Shown here in pieces: positions 1 through 14,736 of a DNA stretch of 64,000 nucleotides. Source of the stretch: Cenococcum geophilum (Eukaryota); NCBI GenBank assembly GCA_050273025.1, contig CP158635.1, positions 930,001 through 994,000 of the forward strand, in the 5' to 3' direction. The translations under genes were made by a program, and so were the position numbers. Numbering within the stretch: the first letter of the stretch is position 1; every line of letters begins with the position of its first letter. The notes below the pieces were generated by a model. The model saw nothing but the letters and a program-made list of their open reading frames with translations, ran no database searches and was not told the DNA's origin.

Positions 1-349
1 GGGTCTCCCCCTGGAAAACCTCATCTCTATATATATTAATTAAAGTCTATATAATAAAGCTCTAAATTACAAACTTGGGTCAAAATTTTAGTTGGGGGGC
101 CAACTATCCGCATGTTAAAATATAGAGCGTTATTAGTAGGGTTATAGGGGGTGCTTTGTAATGGCTTAAGGCTCTCCGCTGACTTATCCGGCCCCTCCAT
201 TCCTAGAAATAAGTACCCCCTATAACTCTACCAAAACGGCCTTAAATTATATAAATAAAGGCTTATTTTATAGCCCTAGAATAGAGCTATAAATTAGGCC
301 TCTATTTATAAAATATAGAGTTATATTAGTGGGGCTATAGGTAGTATAT

Positions 350-449
350 TATTTGGATATTATCCGGATATTATCCGATATCCGGGCTATCCTCGGATAA
401 GATTATTATCCGCCCGACCGGATAGGATAATCTATCCTCCGCAGGTCTG
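350..449. mobile_element. Possible terminus of a hAT-like DNA transposon with subterminal GGATA/TATCC repeats
   Basis: Cluster of CGGATA/TATCCG motifs ending ...CCGCAGGTCTG (CAGACCTGCGG on the minus strand). The partner terminus is not in the window. Confidence 0.3.
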
Positions 450-3400
450 CTGGTTCCCCCCCCTCCGTGCACGGTCCCACTCAATGCATACCAAAATCAA
501 ATATTGCCAAGCCTCGATTTGAGGCCGTAGAATCACATATAATTGATAAAATCGTCTAGATTTTTAATGTAGTAATCTACTAAGTTTCCTCATTTGAATA
601 AGCTACTATATGAGATTTTCCGACCGTAGGAAGTCGTTAAATTTAGTGTTAAGCGCGAGTAGCCCTAGATATAACCACTCTATCTATTACCTTAATTGCG
701 ACCTTTAAAATAACAATAAGAGATTGCCTAGAAGCTTATTTCTTCCGTCTACCTCCTCTTGTCAGTTTAAGGTCGTTTCAAAGCTGTAGATTTACTGCGC
801 GAGCGTATATAGCCTCCTCTCTCTAGCGGCGTTTTTTTTTAGCTGCCTCCTTCTCTTGTTAAACCTTGGCTTGTATTCTAACTGTTACGGCACTGGCAGA
901 ACTTGGCAGAACTTTGTACAGGCAAGTTGCCACAGATTGCCGCATATTGCGGTCACGTGACGCGAAGATCTTATAAAACATCAAGCGGCGCTGCTCTTCT
1001 TCTCCTTCCCTTTCCCTAGCTTTAGATTCTTATTTATAGACAATCCAATCGTACAGGCTTGCGCGTCCCTCTTACCGTACTTATGCCTTAATTAACTAAG
1101 TCGCTAATATTATCTAAAGCTTAACTACCCTCTTCTTCCTAAGAAGGAACTTAAATATATTTATAAGACTACAAACCAGAATAGAATATAGAACTAGACC
1201 TAAAGATTATTACTAGAACTTAAAGAATAGAACGGAACTAGAAAGAATAGAAAAGAATAAAATAGGACTTATAAAATACGCATAGACTAAAACCCCTATA
1301 GAAACCTACCAGAAATTATATAATACCCCTACTACTATACTACAAAATACAGCAGTAGGTAAAGCAGCTATAGGACCCTTAAATACCTTAGACAAAGAAA
1401 TAATTAATGTTTTAACCCCCTAGGCGGAGCTTACGGCAGCTAATACTAAAATTAAATAACTATAAGAGCTGCTTAAAGCTAGAGATACCCCCTATATCTA
1501 ATAATAAGTTATTCTTAGATAACTAAAGACTTGCTATAGTCCTTTAGGCCCTATCCTAGCGCCTTAGTAGATCTACTAAGGCCTATATAGTACCGAAGCG
1601 GTTAGCAAAGGTTATAGATCCCCTATTACTTACGGATAAAACAGACCTAATATTTAATAACTAGAAGCTTTAATTACCGGATAAGCTTAAAGTTAATACT
1701 AACTACTTTCCTACCCCCCGAGCTAAGATGGCCTATATCTTTAACCGTACTAGTAAAGATACCTAGACGTATTTACGCCTGTAATACACTAAAGACTTAA
1801 TAAACCCCTTTATCTCTAAAGAAGAAATAATTAAATACTTATCTTCTATTTATAAAGACCTTTTTAAAGTATAGAATGCTTACCTTAGCTATAAAAGCCT
1901 AAATATAAAAACAGTGGAGACCTTTTTAGCCTTCTAGACCCGCTTTTTATACCTAGTTAGATAGGCCTAGATCCCCTAAAAAGACCTACTGCTAGACCTC
2001 TTTAATAAGCTTACTCTAGACCTATAGTGGGCCGTATTACTAGCTTATACTATAGCATAGACGCTAAAAGAACTTATGGACTATTGCCTAGCTATTAGCT
2101 AAGGCCTCTATTAAATTAAGGCATGCGCTAATTAGCTAAAAACTAAAAACCTTATAAACTAGGCTATAAGTACTGCGAGAACGGCCTATAGTGCCCTAGT
2201 ATAATCAGTAACCCATATAGTACTAGCCGCTTAGCCTATAGTTAATACAGCAGCTAGCCGCGTAGCTACCTTTACTATAGGTCTAGTATATACCTAGCTT
2301 ATATATAGCGACCCCTATATATAGGCCCTTAGCGATTAAGGAGCTTACTTCTTATATAGTTAACCTAGCTACTCTATAAGAAACTGCCTAATAAAGGCAA
2401 AGATAAATAAGGTCCTATTAATTTAGGAGAATAGCATAAAGTTAGAAAAAGAGGAACCCTAGGGGAAGACTCCTCCCTAGGGTTAAAAGGAATTAATATG
2501 TTATATATTAATCTAGGTTAGCTAGTTAGTAAAAGAAGCTGCACTATTCCTTATACTTTATTCCGCAATAAATATTAAGTTTTAACCTCTGCTTTAGCTA
2601 ACTTAGGAGTAAATACCTTTACCTTAATTAATATAAAGTGCGCTATAAAACTAGCTAACTTTTTAAATACGCCTTTAGAAGAACTGCCTAAGCTAATTCC
2701 TATTTATGGGTATAACGGACGGGTAGGACTACCTATTATAACTATATTATAGATTTACCTTTATATTAACGGACAAAAGTAGTATAACATCCCCTTTCTT
2801 ATTATAGACCTAAGAAGCTATAATATAATCCTAGGAAGAAAATAGCTAGCCTATTTAGGCTTATAGCTAGATATATAGAGTAAACGGCTTATTTAGCCTA
2901 AAACCCTACCCCTAACTCCTTCCTTTATAAAAGAAATTAGTATTATAATAGAAAATATTATACGGCCCTAGATTAATACTATTTACTAGGCTAATGCTAT
3001 ACGTAGGGACCAGGCCTTTAAGAAAGATATATAGCTTAATCCGTAATAGATCCGTATACTACGCCGCCCCTAGACTACCTACATTACGCTACCCGCATTA
3101 AAGACCTAGGAAGTTAGTAATAACCTAAAAAAGCCCCCTATAGAGAGCTTAGGCCCTATATAGCCACGAAGAACAGCAAGAAATATTAGATACTATACTA
3201 AACTAATAGACCAGAGGAATAACTTACGGAAGATAGAATAGAAGCTAAGAAAGATTATAAACCCTAGACCGTAAAATACGGTCCAGTAAACGGCAGTAAG
3301 GAAATCTGCGGACCTCCCACTAGTTAATATCTGCTATATTAGCGCTATAGGATTCTACCGGAACTTAGTCTAGCCTAATACTATTACTTTTATAACTAGC

Positions 3401-5180
3401 TTATACAAAATTAATTAAATACTTAAGGAAAAGGAAAGTAAGCTTAGTAGATAGGAAAGCGAGCTTATAGATAAGGAGCTAGTAGAATAGAAACTACCCT
3501 ATTAATACTAAAAGTTTAAGGACGTATTCTCTAAGGTAGTATCCAATATACTTCCACCGCACTAACCGTACGACTATAAGATTAAGATTAAGTTAAATAA
3601 GGAAAACGCCCTTAGCTATACCCCCCTCTATAAATAATCTATTACTAAGTTATAGGCCACTAAGTAGTATCTTATTAATAACCTAGTAAAGGGGTTTATT
3701 AAGCCTAGCCAGGCCCCTTTTACCTCCCCTATTCTCTTTACAAAAAAGCTAAATAGAGAACTTTATTTCTGCATTAACTACTATAAGCTTAATAATATAA
3801 CCCGCAAAGACTATTATCCGCTATCCCTACTTAATAAGATACTGGCCCAAATAAATAGAGCTAAGGTATTTATAAAGCTTAATATCCGTTAGGCTTTTTA
3901 CTAAATTAGAATAAACCCCAGATCTATAAATCTTACTATATTTTAGACTTAATATAGATTATATAAGTATAAAGTACTTCCTTTTAGACTAACTAATAAA
4001 CTAGCTACGTACCAATAATATATAAACGATGTACTCTTTAACAACCTCGACGACTTCTATACGGCCTACTTAGATAATATTATAATTTACTCTAAGAATA
4101 AGTTAGAATACAAGGAGCACGTCTATAAGGTCCTATAATAACTCTATAAGGCTAGCCTATAGGCCAATATTAAGAAGTTAGAATTTAGTGTAAAGTATAT
4201 AAAGTACCTAGGGTTTATTATTAGTACGGACGGAATTAAGGCTAACCTAGAAAAGACGGCCGTAATTAATTAGTGGGAACTACCATAGACCGTAAAAGGG
4301 ATACAGTTATTTTTAGGTTTTTATAACATCTACTAACGCTTTATTAAGAACTATAGCAGAATTACTTAGCCCCTTAGCCGCCTTACTATAAAGGACCGGC
4401 CCTTTTATTTTAATACCGTATATAAGCAGGCTTTTAGTAAGCTTAAGAAACGGCTAGTTTCCGCTCCCTTGCTCACCTACTTTAACCTAAAACGGCCCTT
4501 AATGCTAAAAACGGATGCCTTAGATAGTGTTATTGCTGGTATTTATTCTTAAAAGCAGACTAACAGAGAATGGCACCCTATTGCTTACTACTTAAAGACT
4601 ATAATAGATGCTAAGCTAAACTACCTAATCCACGATAAAAAAATGTTGGCTATTATCTCTAGCTTTTAGCACTGGCGAGTATAGCTAGAAGGGACCCCTA
4701 AGCCTATTTAGGTAGTTTTAGATTATAAGGCCCTAGAATACTTTATAATAACTAAGGCCCTTACGGCCTAGTAAGCGCGCTAGGCAGATATTTTATCCTA
4801 GTTTAACTTCCTAATTATATATAGGCTAGGCGCCACTAACCGTGCGGACGCTCTTATAAGACGTAAATAGGACCTAAATGACTAGATAGCTGTAAAGATC
4901 TTATTATAGACCTAGACGCTACTATAACTAGAGTACCTTAACCCTTAGATATAGGAAGAACTAAGTACTAAATCTCTAAGCGCTAAGATATATCCTATTA
5001 ACCCTACGGAGTTTAACTTTATTAATAAATTACTATAAGTAAACCGTATAGATCCTTCTCTATAGGAATACCGTAAAAAGGCAAAGGATATTACTAGCCT
5101 ATAGTCCCTTAAAAATAGACTACTTAAGTACTAGAAATGGCTAGTAGTAGTAAAGAAACGGAACTTATAAACCTGGCTTA

Positions 5181-5550
5181 TATCACGGAGTAAGTATAAG
5201 CGACGATAATATATAGCAAGGTAGATATTATTAAGCTATGTATATAAACTGTATGAGGAGGTTAAGACGTTGCGAAAGGAAAGAAGGTAGGAAAACGGGG
5301 AGAAAGGGTATATATTGTTAACTTGGTTGCTTGGTTAATACGTACATAGGCAGAATAGGGTTCAGGTCGTGGTCCTGGCAGAACTTGGCAGAATTTGGTG
5401 GAACTTGGCAGAATATAGCAGAATGCCGTAGATTGCCGTTAGATTGCCATTAGATTGCCGTTAAATTGCCATTTCGCGGTTAGTCTTTAATTGCTGAGTC
5501 GGTAGAAACAGGTAAACGTGTGCAAGGTGTTATAGGGGTGTCCTGTAACA
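5181..5550. mobile_element. Solo LTR S1 (370 bp, unrelated family) inserted in pol of element A
   Basis: T(G>A)TCAC...GTAACA termini; 5-bp TSD GCTTA at 5176-5180 and 5551-5555; absent from the homologous position of copy B. Confidence 0.88.
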
Positions 5551-7720
5551 GCTTATTACTAAAGCATATACCTAGGTCTCTATAGCCTACCCTAAAAAGA
5601 ATAAGACCTGCAAGATTATTGGTAACCGTTACTACTAGCCTAAAATGGTTATAGATATTAACCGTTACGTACAGAACTGTAATAACTGCTGTAGGTTTAC
5701 GATTCTATAAGATAAGACCCTAGAACTATTAAAACCTCTCCTAATACCTAACCGCCCCTAGCAGTATATCTCTATAGACTTTTATAAGCTACCTACGGAC
5801 CGCAACGGATATAATATGGTTATAATTCTAGTTAACCGCTTTAGCAAGCGCCTGTTTTTAATTCCCTATTATAAGAATATTAATACTAAGAAGGCGGCCT
5901 AACTATATATCTACTATATCTACCGCATTTATAGACTATTAGATACTATAGTATCCGACTATAGTCTATAATTTATATCGGCCTTCTAAAACGAGTTTAC
6001 CTAGATCCTAGGTATTAGGCTAAAGCTCTCCATAGTATACTACCCCTAGATAAATAGCTAGACGGAGATTATAAATTAATATTTGGATTAGAGACTCCGG
6101 CCTTTTATTAACTACTTTTAGGATAACTAGGGCGAACTGCTACCCCTAATAAACTATGCCCAGGTAATTCTACCCTATAACTCTACGGGATTTGCACCTA
6201 TCTAACTAGAAATGGAGTATTTACCCTAAATAAGCTTTAACTAGGATAGACCAGAAGGACCACAGACTGTACGCAAGAAGCTATCTTATAAGAAAGCCCA
6301 GCAGTACGCTAAGCGCTTAAAGGAAGCCTAGATAGTAGCCCGTATAAATCTAGAAAAGGCCTAAAAATTAATAGTATAATAGGTAAATAAGTATAGGCGC
6401 GAACCCGACTTTACCGTAGGCGATATAGTTTGGGTTATAATAAAGAACTAAAAGACGGAACGGCCTAGCCGTAAGCTAGACTATTAGATAGCGGGGCCGT
6501 ACAAGGTCCTTAAGAAGATAGGTAACTTATATAAAGTAAAGCTCCTAGATTTAATTAAGGTTTATTCTATTTTCTTATTAGATAAGCTATAGAAAGCTAT
6601 AAATAACCTATTACCCGGATAAAAGAACGAACCTCCCCTGCCGATTTAAGTTAATAGCGACGATAAATAGGAAATTAAAGAAGTACTAGCCTGTAAACTA
6701 GTAAGGAAAACGCTAAAGTACTACGTTAGTTAGAAAGGCTATAACTTAGACCCTACCTAGTACCCTATATAGAACTTTATTAGCAGTCCCTATAAGCTTT
6801 AAAAATTCTATAACTATTACCCTAATAAACTAGGACTCCTAAAGTACCCAGATAAGTAGATAGAGTGCTAGTATAGTAAAGATAATAGGCTACTAGAAGA
6901 ATATAAAGATAAAAACGCCCTATAGAAGTAATATAGATATATAAAGCCTAAGGGCAGGCTTTACTAAAGGGGGGGGGGTAATGTTACGGCACTGGTAGAA
7001 CTTGGCAGAACTTTATATAGGCAAGTTGCCATAGATTGCCGCATATTGCGGTCACGTGACGCGAAGATCTTATAAAACATTGAGTGGCGCTACTCTTCTT
7101 CTCCTTTCCTTTCCCTAGCTTTAGATTCTTGTTTATAGACAATCCAATTATATAGGCTTGCGCGTCCCTCTTACTATACTTATACTTCGATTGTAATAAA
7201 GCCTTATAGCAGGAACTACGGTAGACTTATTAATAGGCCGGGTATATAGGTAAACAAGAAGTTAACAACGTAATAATAACTAGTGGAGTAGTTGCCTAAT
7301 AGATTAACTCTAATTATATTCTAAGATTTACTACAAAGGAGAGAACTATCTAGGTAGGGACTATGGTCCTTTAAATACACAACTATACTCCTAAGAAATC
7401 CCCTTTATACGTAAGGTACGTATACTTTATCTACTCTATTATAGATTATATAGATCCTATAGATTATATGGATTACGTTATATAACCTTAGTTACTATTC
7501 CTCGTTATATAGCTTTATCGGCTCCATTTTAGACCATACTTAAATTAACCAACTAGCTTCTTCCGTCTCTTCTCTAAGTAGTTATAATATTATACTTAAA
7601 GCGTCCGTAATACCATCTCCCTCCTCTTTATCTTTATCCTTAAAGATCTTAAATATCTTTAAGTTATTTACTAAAGGTATAATATCCGTCTAATTAATTT
7701 AGTTAATATTTTAACTTATT

Positions 7721-8360
7721 ATACCTAAAGCTCCTTCTTCTTCGTCTATAGCTTATTAGTCTCGTACTATCGCTATAATATTATCTCTTAGTGAGATTAT
7801 ACTATCTCTATATTCTCGTTATTTAAAAGAGGGGTTAGTTTATATTACGTTAGCGAGTCCATCTTCGTAATAACCGTCCTCTTACTTAGAGTGCATTAAA
7901 GTAAATATTTATTCGTCCTATAACGTTCGCTCTGTCTCTAATGCTAAATATACGCAACCTATTACTTTTAATAGTTGTCTAGTTCCTTAATTAATTTATT
8001 TTAGGGTCTTATATTTAATCTACTACTACGCGGCTAGATAATAAACTGTCTATTACTCTAGCGGAACTTTATTGTTCTTATAACGCTAAATAAAAGGCTG
8101 CTAAAGCTTAGCAAAGGGCTCTTAATTCTTATCTTACTGCGTTCGCTTAGTTAATCCATCTTAAAAAGGTTTATAAGAAGGTTTGTTTTAAAGAGTAGAA
8201 ACTTATAGAATAAGGTTTATAGGAACTTGGCGATAAAAGAACGGATTCTCTTCTAATAGAGAAGGAAATAGATCTAAGTAGTTTAGTAACTACTCTTCTT
8301 AGGTCCCCCTTAGGTGACTCGTTCTTTAGTAATTCTTTTTTATTAATACTACCTAACCTA
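7721..8360 (+). pseudogene. Antisense accessory gene of element C: Zn(II)2Cys6-like motif plus coiled coil (RIPed)
   Basis: De-RIPed MPKAP...CSRCSKEGLVCIALASPSSRQPSSCSEC.KANIRSSCDVRS, a probable intron, then RL.RLEKV..K...KE.KL.EQGL.EL. Homologous stretches occur in E and F. The end coordinate is approximate. Confidence 0.65.
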
Positions 8361-11300
8361 ATTTCTTCTAATACTCCTATACCTTTCTTATAGCGTTCTT
8401 TAAATTCTCTAGTAGCTTTTAGGTAGTCTTATTATAGCCTATTTACTTAACTTTATACTATATTTTATTATTAACGTTCTTATAACTAACAATCTTTAAA
8501 ACTTACTATTTGTCTTCCTCTTATCCTCTATATATGTCTACTTTATAAATAGGTGGCTTAATATTCCCGTATACTAGCTCTAGTATTATAATATACTATA
8601 TAGGGTAGATCCTTATCTTAGCTAGTAGGTTTAACTTAAATATAACCAGTAAAATCCTCTAAATAATTTCGAAAGGCCTTAGTCTAACATAGTCTAACAT
8701 CTTACTTAGTCGTTAACTCTTAAAATTTTTATATAGTAGCCACACTTTATCTCCCTCCTTAAGATCTAGTCCCTTAGATCTCTTAGCATTATAGTACTTT
8801 TTTATTCTTTTTTATACTTTCTTTACTGATTCTATAAGGTCTACATAAAGATTTATTAGTGTCTTTATTTTTTCTTTAACTATACTACTTGTTTTCTTCG
8901 CTTACCGTAGTAATAACGATATTCTTAGCTTATATCCATAATTTGCCTTAAATAGTAATGTGCCTATTCCTTCCTATGGTGTTACATTATATATAAACTA
9001 TATAATTAGTAATAGTAATACCCAATTATTCTATGCATAATTGATATAATGTCTTAGATACTATTCTAGCGTCTAATTTAATCTTTCCGTTTAACCATCT
9101 GTCTATAGATAATATGCGGTAAAAGTTACTGCTTAAACTCCTTACTTTACTAAGAACACTTCCTAAAATATTACTATAAATTTTAGATCTCTGTCTAATA
9201 TAATCTTACTTAGTACTCTATATCTTACGAACACTTCTTTAATATAGATTCTAGTAATATCTTCCGCTAAGATTTCTTTTATATATACTATAAAGTATCC
9301 CCACTTTATAAGCTTGTCTACTATTACTAAAATTACGTTATAATCTTGTCCGGTAATAGAGTCTCTTAACTTTAGTAACTTAATAATAAAGTCTTATAAT
9401 ATAACCTCCCATAGTCTCTCTGGTATTTTAATAGGTTGTAGCCCTCTATATGGCTTATGCCTTATTAGTTTATTCCTTTAGCAATCTAAACACTCTTTTA
9501 TCACTTTTCTTGCGATATTTCAGATTCTATTAATAATATATTCTTCCTAAAGTCTTAATACTAAGCCTATTGCTCCATTATGTCCTTAAGTTATTCCCCT
9601 ATAGAAATCTTCCATAAAATGCTCTGCTATGCTTCTTAGGATATACTTCACTTCTCAATTTTCGTATATATCCATTTATAGATCTTCTAGCTATGCTTTT
9701 AGAATTCTTTATACCTAAAAGCTTTCTAGTATCTTGTAAACTCTTTCTAGTTCGTTATCCTCTTAAGTTACTACTAGTTTAGGGTAATTATATCTAATTA
9801 ATCCATCCTTATCTCTACGTAGTATTACTCCTAATAGTTTCTCGTTATTCTATAGTTTAGCCCTTCTGCTAAGTGCGTCTGCTCTTATATTCTTAGTTCC
9901 CTTAGTATACTAAATCTTAAAATAGTATTCTATAAGTATCTCTGCCTATCTAACCTATCTTTAATTAAGTTCTTTTATTATTAGGAACCCCGTTAGGTTT
10001 TTATAATCCATCTTAACTATAAATGGTTTCTCTACGCCTTATAAAAATGCTCTCTATTTCTTAAGTGCTGCAACTATACCTAATAACTTTTTATTATAAA
10101 CGTTATAGTTTAACTCTAGTGGTATTATCTTTCTACTATAGTATGCTACTAAATGCCATGCGTCCTTATACTTCTGTAGCAAATATACTCCTAGTGCGTA
10201 GTTTAATGCGTCCGTTTCCACAACCGTGTCTAGTCCTAGTTGGTAGATCTTAAGGATTGGCTCCTAGGTAAATAACTCCTTAAGTTCTTTAAATAACTTT
10301 CTTTATTTATCTCCCTATACCTATAGTTCCTCTTTCTTTATAAGCCTGGTAAATGGTTTAATATTCTTTAACCATTATGCTATAAACCTTCTGTAGTAGT
10401 TACAAAACCCTAAGAATAACCTTAACTATATTACATTCTCTAGTTCTTACCAACTTACTATAGCTTTAATCTTCTTTATGTCTATACTAATATAACCTAG
10501 TTTAATAATAAATCTAACGAAATCAGTCTTCCTTATAAAGAACTTGTATTTCTTAATTGCTACTAGCATCTGTTCTTCTTATAGTCTCTTTAAAACCCAT
10601 TTAATATGTTCTTTATATTCTTCCTTAGTTATTAAGTAGATAATAATATCGTTAAGGTATACTATAACAAACTTATTAAGGTATTCTTCTAACATACTAT
10701 TAATTCTTTTCTAAAATATTATAGGTGCATTTGTTAGTCCGAATTGCATAACTAATAGTTTATATAGTCCTTCTCTTAACCTAAAGGCTGCCTTCCATTT
10801 GTCACCTTCCTTAATTCTAATTTAATAGTACGCCTATCTTAGATCTATCTTCGTAAAGATTTGCGCGTTACCTATCCAATTTTAGATTTCGCTAATTAAG
10901 GGTAAAGGATACCTATCCTTCCTAGTAATGCTATTTAACTGCTTATAGTTAATGCATAACCTAAGTTTTCCATTCTTCTTTGGTACGAATAATACTAGGT
11001 AACCTACTAATGACTATAATAGTCTAATATATCCCTTTCGTAAGTTCTCTTAGACAAACTCTTTTAGTACGCTTGCCTCCTCTTAAGTAAGCTTATAGGT
11101 TGGAAAGAACCTTAGACTTATTCCTAGTTTTAACTCTATCTTATAATCCTATACTGTATAATCTGCCAGCTTTTTACTTTCCGGTAACTATAGTTTCTTA
11201 CTATACTTATAGTATCTCTTTAGTATATAACTTAAGCTTTACTTAGTCTCTTTATATATCGCTCTAACTTAGTATTATACTAACTTAGTTTACTGTCGCA

Positions 11301-12688
11301 TTTTACGGCGTTAAATATCTCTAATATTGACCTAACCTGTAATCCAATTAATCCTTAGGTTGTATTCCTGTAACTAAGGCATGCCTAATACTGCCTTATC
11401 CCGTCCTAATAGTAGGATATTAAAAGATATCTCAATTCGTCTTCCTTTAATAGTTATCTAAATTAGTCCTATTTTAAGATTAATAATCCCTCTTCTATAG
11501 GCTATTAGATCTCCTAAAATTGTAACTAATAGGTAAGATTGTTTCTTCTATCTATAAGATAATCCTATTCTCTTTACTACTACTAATAAGATATAGTTCC
11601 GCGTTGCTCCACTATCTATTAGCGCCTTAAACTGCTAATCTTGCCATTTAACTTATAAATTTAGGTGTTGTTCTTAAATTCCTTTAAGGGTCTAAGGCTC
11701 TACTACTAGCTTTCTCTAGTCCCGTAGGCCTCTACTTTTCCTAACTATTAGCTACTTAATTCTATTACATTTAGCTTACTCTTTAGCTAATGCCTAGTTC
11801 GCTTTTTATCTTTAATATACTATAGATACGTATTCTCTAGGCATTCCCACCACTATTATCTATCTAAGTATTCTTCCGTAAGGAATCTTCCTAGCTAAAG
11901 TATTAAATTTCCTTTCTTTTAGACTTCTACTAGATACCATCTATGCATATATTTGGCATTCCTATACTATCGCTTATTTATTATCTAGTATATCCTTATA
12001 GGGTATTTCTAATTCTTTTTCTTTAGATTCTTATACATCTTGTATATATTATCTATATATGCAATCCATAATAGTATATAGTGTGCTAGGTGCTTTAGGT
12101 TAACTCTTAACTTGTCTTTATTTTTAAGTTTAAACCTTTATTATGCTAATCTAAACGTTATAACTTTATTCGCAGGTACTAAGATATGTCTTTCGCTTCT
12201 CTAGTCCTCTAATTATTTCTTTAGATTCTTTAATATTATAATTAAGGCTCCTTTAATATAAGTTATGGCCTTCTCTATAATTAGGTGGTTTTAGATAACT
12301 CTTTTATCTAACCACATATAGAAATCTTCCTACTTATTATTATGCCTTTACCTATACTACTTTTAGTACAGCTGCTAGAGTATATACGGCTTATCCGTAA
12401 GGAAGTATCTTCTTATTACTACGTTATAACAGCCCTTTATATGTCGTTCTTTAAACCTAATAGGGATCCCTAAATCCTCTTTATCTTCCAGTTTAATAAG
12501 CCACTTAGCTCTTAGTATGCCTGCCCTAGGCCTATTAGTAATTCTTCGTATTAGTACTCTATCCCTTATATGTCCTAATATACTAGATCTCTTATCTAGT
12601 TTCTGTTCTTACTATACGATAATCCTTTATCTAAATTCTTCTATAGTTTCTCTTAGTTTATATCTTATGCTTAGATCCTTAAAGTCTT

Positions 12689-14736
12689 TATCAGCAAAAT
12701 ATTGTCCCTTGTAAATGACCTCAGCTACTAAAAGTTGGCGTCGTTGGCGGGCTATTAAGGGCATTAACTAACTTGACAAACCAGCCTATATCGAGTTTAT
12801 TTGACACGCAGCCTGCGCGCAGCCTGCGCATAGCCTACGTAACCTACGCAACCTACGCAACCTGCGCAACCTATATAACTTATAATTTTAGATAATAAAG
12901 GCTACTTTAAAGCCGTTTATAAAGCTATTAAGATAAATTGTATACACTTCTTTATATAATCTATTATGTCTACATTTACTACCTGTCTGCATTGTCTACC
13001 TATCTACATTACCTACCTATCTGCATTACCTACCTATCTGCATTACCTACCTGTCTATATCGCCTACCTGTCTATATTATCTACCTATCTATATTATCTA
13101 CCTGTCTATATTACCTACCTGTCTGCATTGCCTACCTATCTGCATTATCTACCTGTCTGCATTGTCTACCTATTTACATCGCCTACCTATCTGCATTGTC
13201 TACCGGTTTATATCGTCTACCTATCTATATTACCTACCTGTCTGCATTACCTACCTATCTGCATCGCCTACCTGTCTGCATTACCTACCTGTTTATATCT
13301 GCCTATAGTGTCTAATTTAATTTAGGGGAGAGGTCGGCCCGATTAAAGGCTCTGATTGATTTAAATTGTTCTCCATGGCCGTTCGCTGGCTGTATATTCG
13401 AACAGTGGTTATCTAGGGTGCCTCCCTAGGAGGCCTTAATTCGATTCGATTTGGTAATAGGCTCTAGATTAATTCAATTGATCGATTAAATCGTTTGTAG
13501 TGTTCGCTGGCTAGTTGTTTAAACGGTTGTTGTCTGGTTCTGGTAACGGTCGTCTGCTAGTTCTAGCGACAGTCGTCTGGTTCTAGCGACGGTCATCTGG
13601 TTTTGGCGACGGTTATCTAGTTCTGGCGACGGTTGTCTAGTTCTGGTAATGGTCCTCTCTTACCTACCTACCTGCCTGCCTACCTACTTGTCTGCCTACC
13701 TACTTATTTATCTATCTACCTACCTGCCCACCTACCTGCCTACCTGCCTGCGTTAGTATCTGGTTTAATTTAGGGGAGGAGTTGGCCTGATTAAAGGCTC
13801 TTATTGATTCGAATCGTTTTCTATGGCCGTTCGCTAGCTATACATTTAAACGGTAGTTGTCTGGGGTGCCTCCCTAGGAAGTCTTGATTTGATTTAGTAA
13901 TAGGCCAATATTAAAGCTCTGGTTCAATTTAATCGATTAATTAATTAAATTGTTTGTGGTATTTGCTAGCTAGTTATTTAAACAGTTATTGTCTGGTTCT
14001 AGCGACGGTTATCTAGTCCTAGCGACGGTCGTTTAGTTCTGGCGACGGTTATCTAGTTCTGGTAACGGTCGTCTGGTTCTGGCAACAGTTGTCTAGTTCT
14101 GGCGATGGTCCTTTACTAGCTGCCGTTCCAGTGCCTCCTAAGGTAGGGAGGATATAAGGAAGGGTAAAAAATAAGGTGGCTGTAAAGGGGGTAACTTGGC
14201 AGAGGTACGTGCGGGGACCTAATATAGAGCTTTATGTAGAGCCTCCGTATATAAAGCTTCGCGTAGAGCCTCGTGCAGAGCCTCTGTACGTAGAGCTTCG
14301 TGTAGAGCTTTGTGTAGAGCTTCGTGCAGAGCCTCGTGCAGAGCCTCGTATAGAGCCTCGTGTAGAGCCTCTGTCGCAGAGCTTTATGTAGAGCTTTGTG
14401 TAGAGCCTCTTAAGTATATAACTTAAAAATATTATATTATATTACCTTAATTGTATATTAAGGAATATATAAGTTAGTTAACTGCGTATTATTTAACTTT
14501 TAAATATGTTAAGTTGGTTAATTATAGGTTAATTACAGGTCAATTGCGTGTTATTTAACTTTTAAATATATTAAGTTGGTCAACTGCGTGTCATTTAACT
14601 TTTAAATGTGTCAAGTTGGTCAACTGCGTGTTATTTAACTTTTTGAATGTGTTAAGTTGGTCAACTGCATGTTAATTACGCGAAACGCGCTTAACAAAGT
14701 CGACTTAAAACCCAGCCTGCGAATATTTTCCCGATG
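12689..14736. mobile_element. Non-autonomous TIR element D1 built from tandem-repeat modules
   Basis: Ends (C>T)ATC(G>A)GCAAAATAT ... ATATTTTCCCGATG. It interrupts C gag relative to E and has the same module order as D2. Confidence 0.8.

Noticed and set aside
12938..13325. Overlapping 119-125 aa YL/CL-rich ORFs
   Set aside because: Translation artefacts of the CTACCTGT microsatellite in D1.
13530..14110. Regular 20-bp repeats resembling a CRISPR array
   Set aside because: Head-to-tail tandem units with no unique spacers, no cas genes, and a eukaryotic context.
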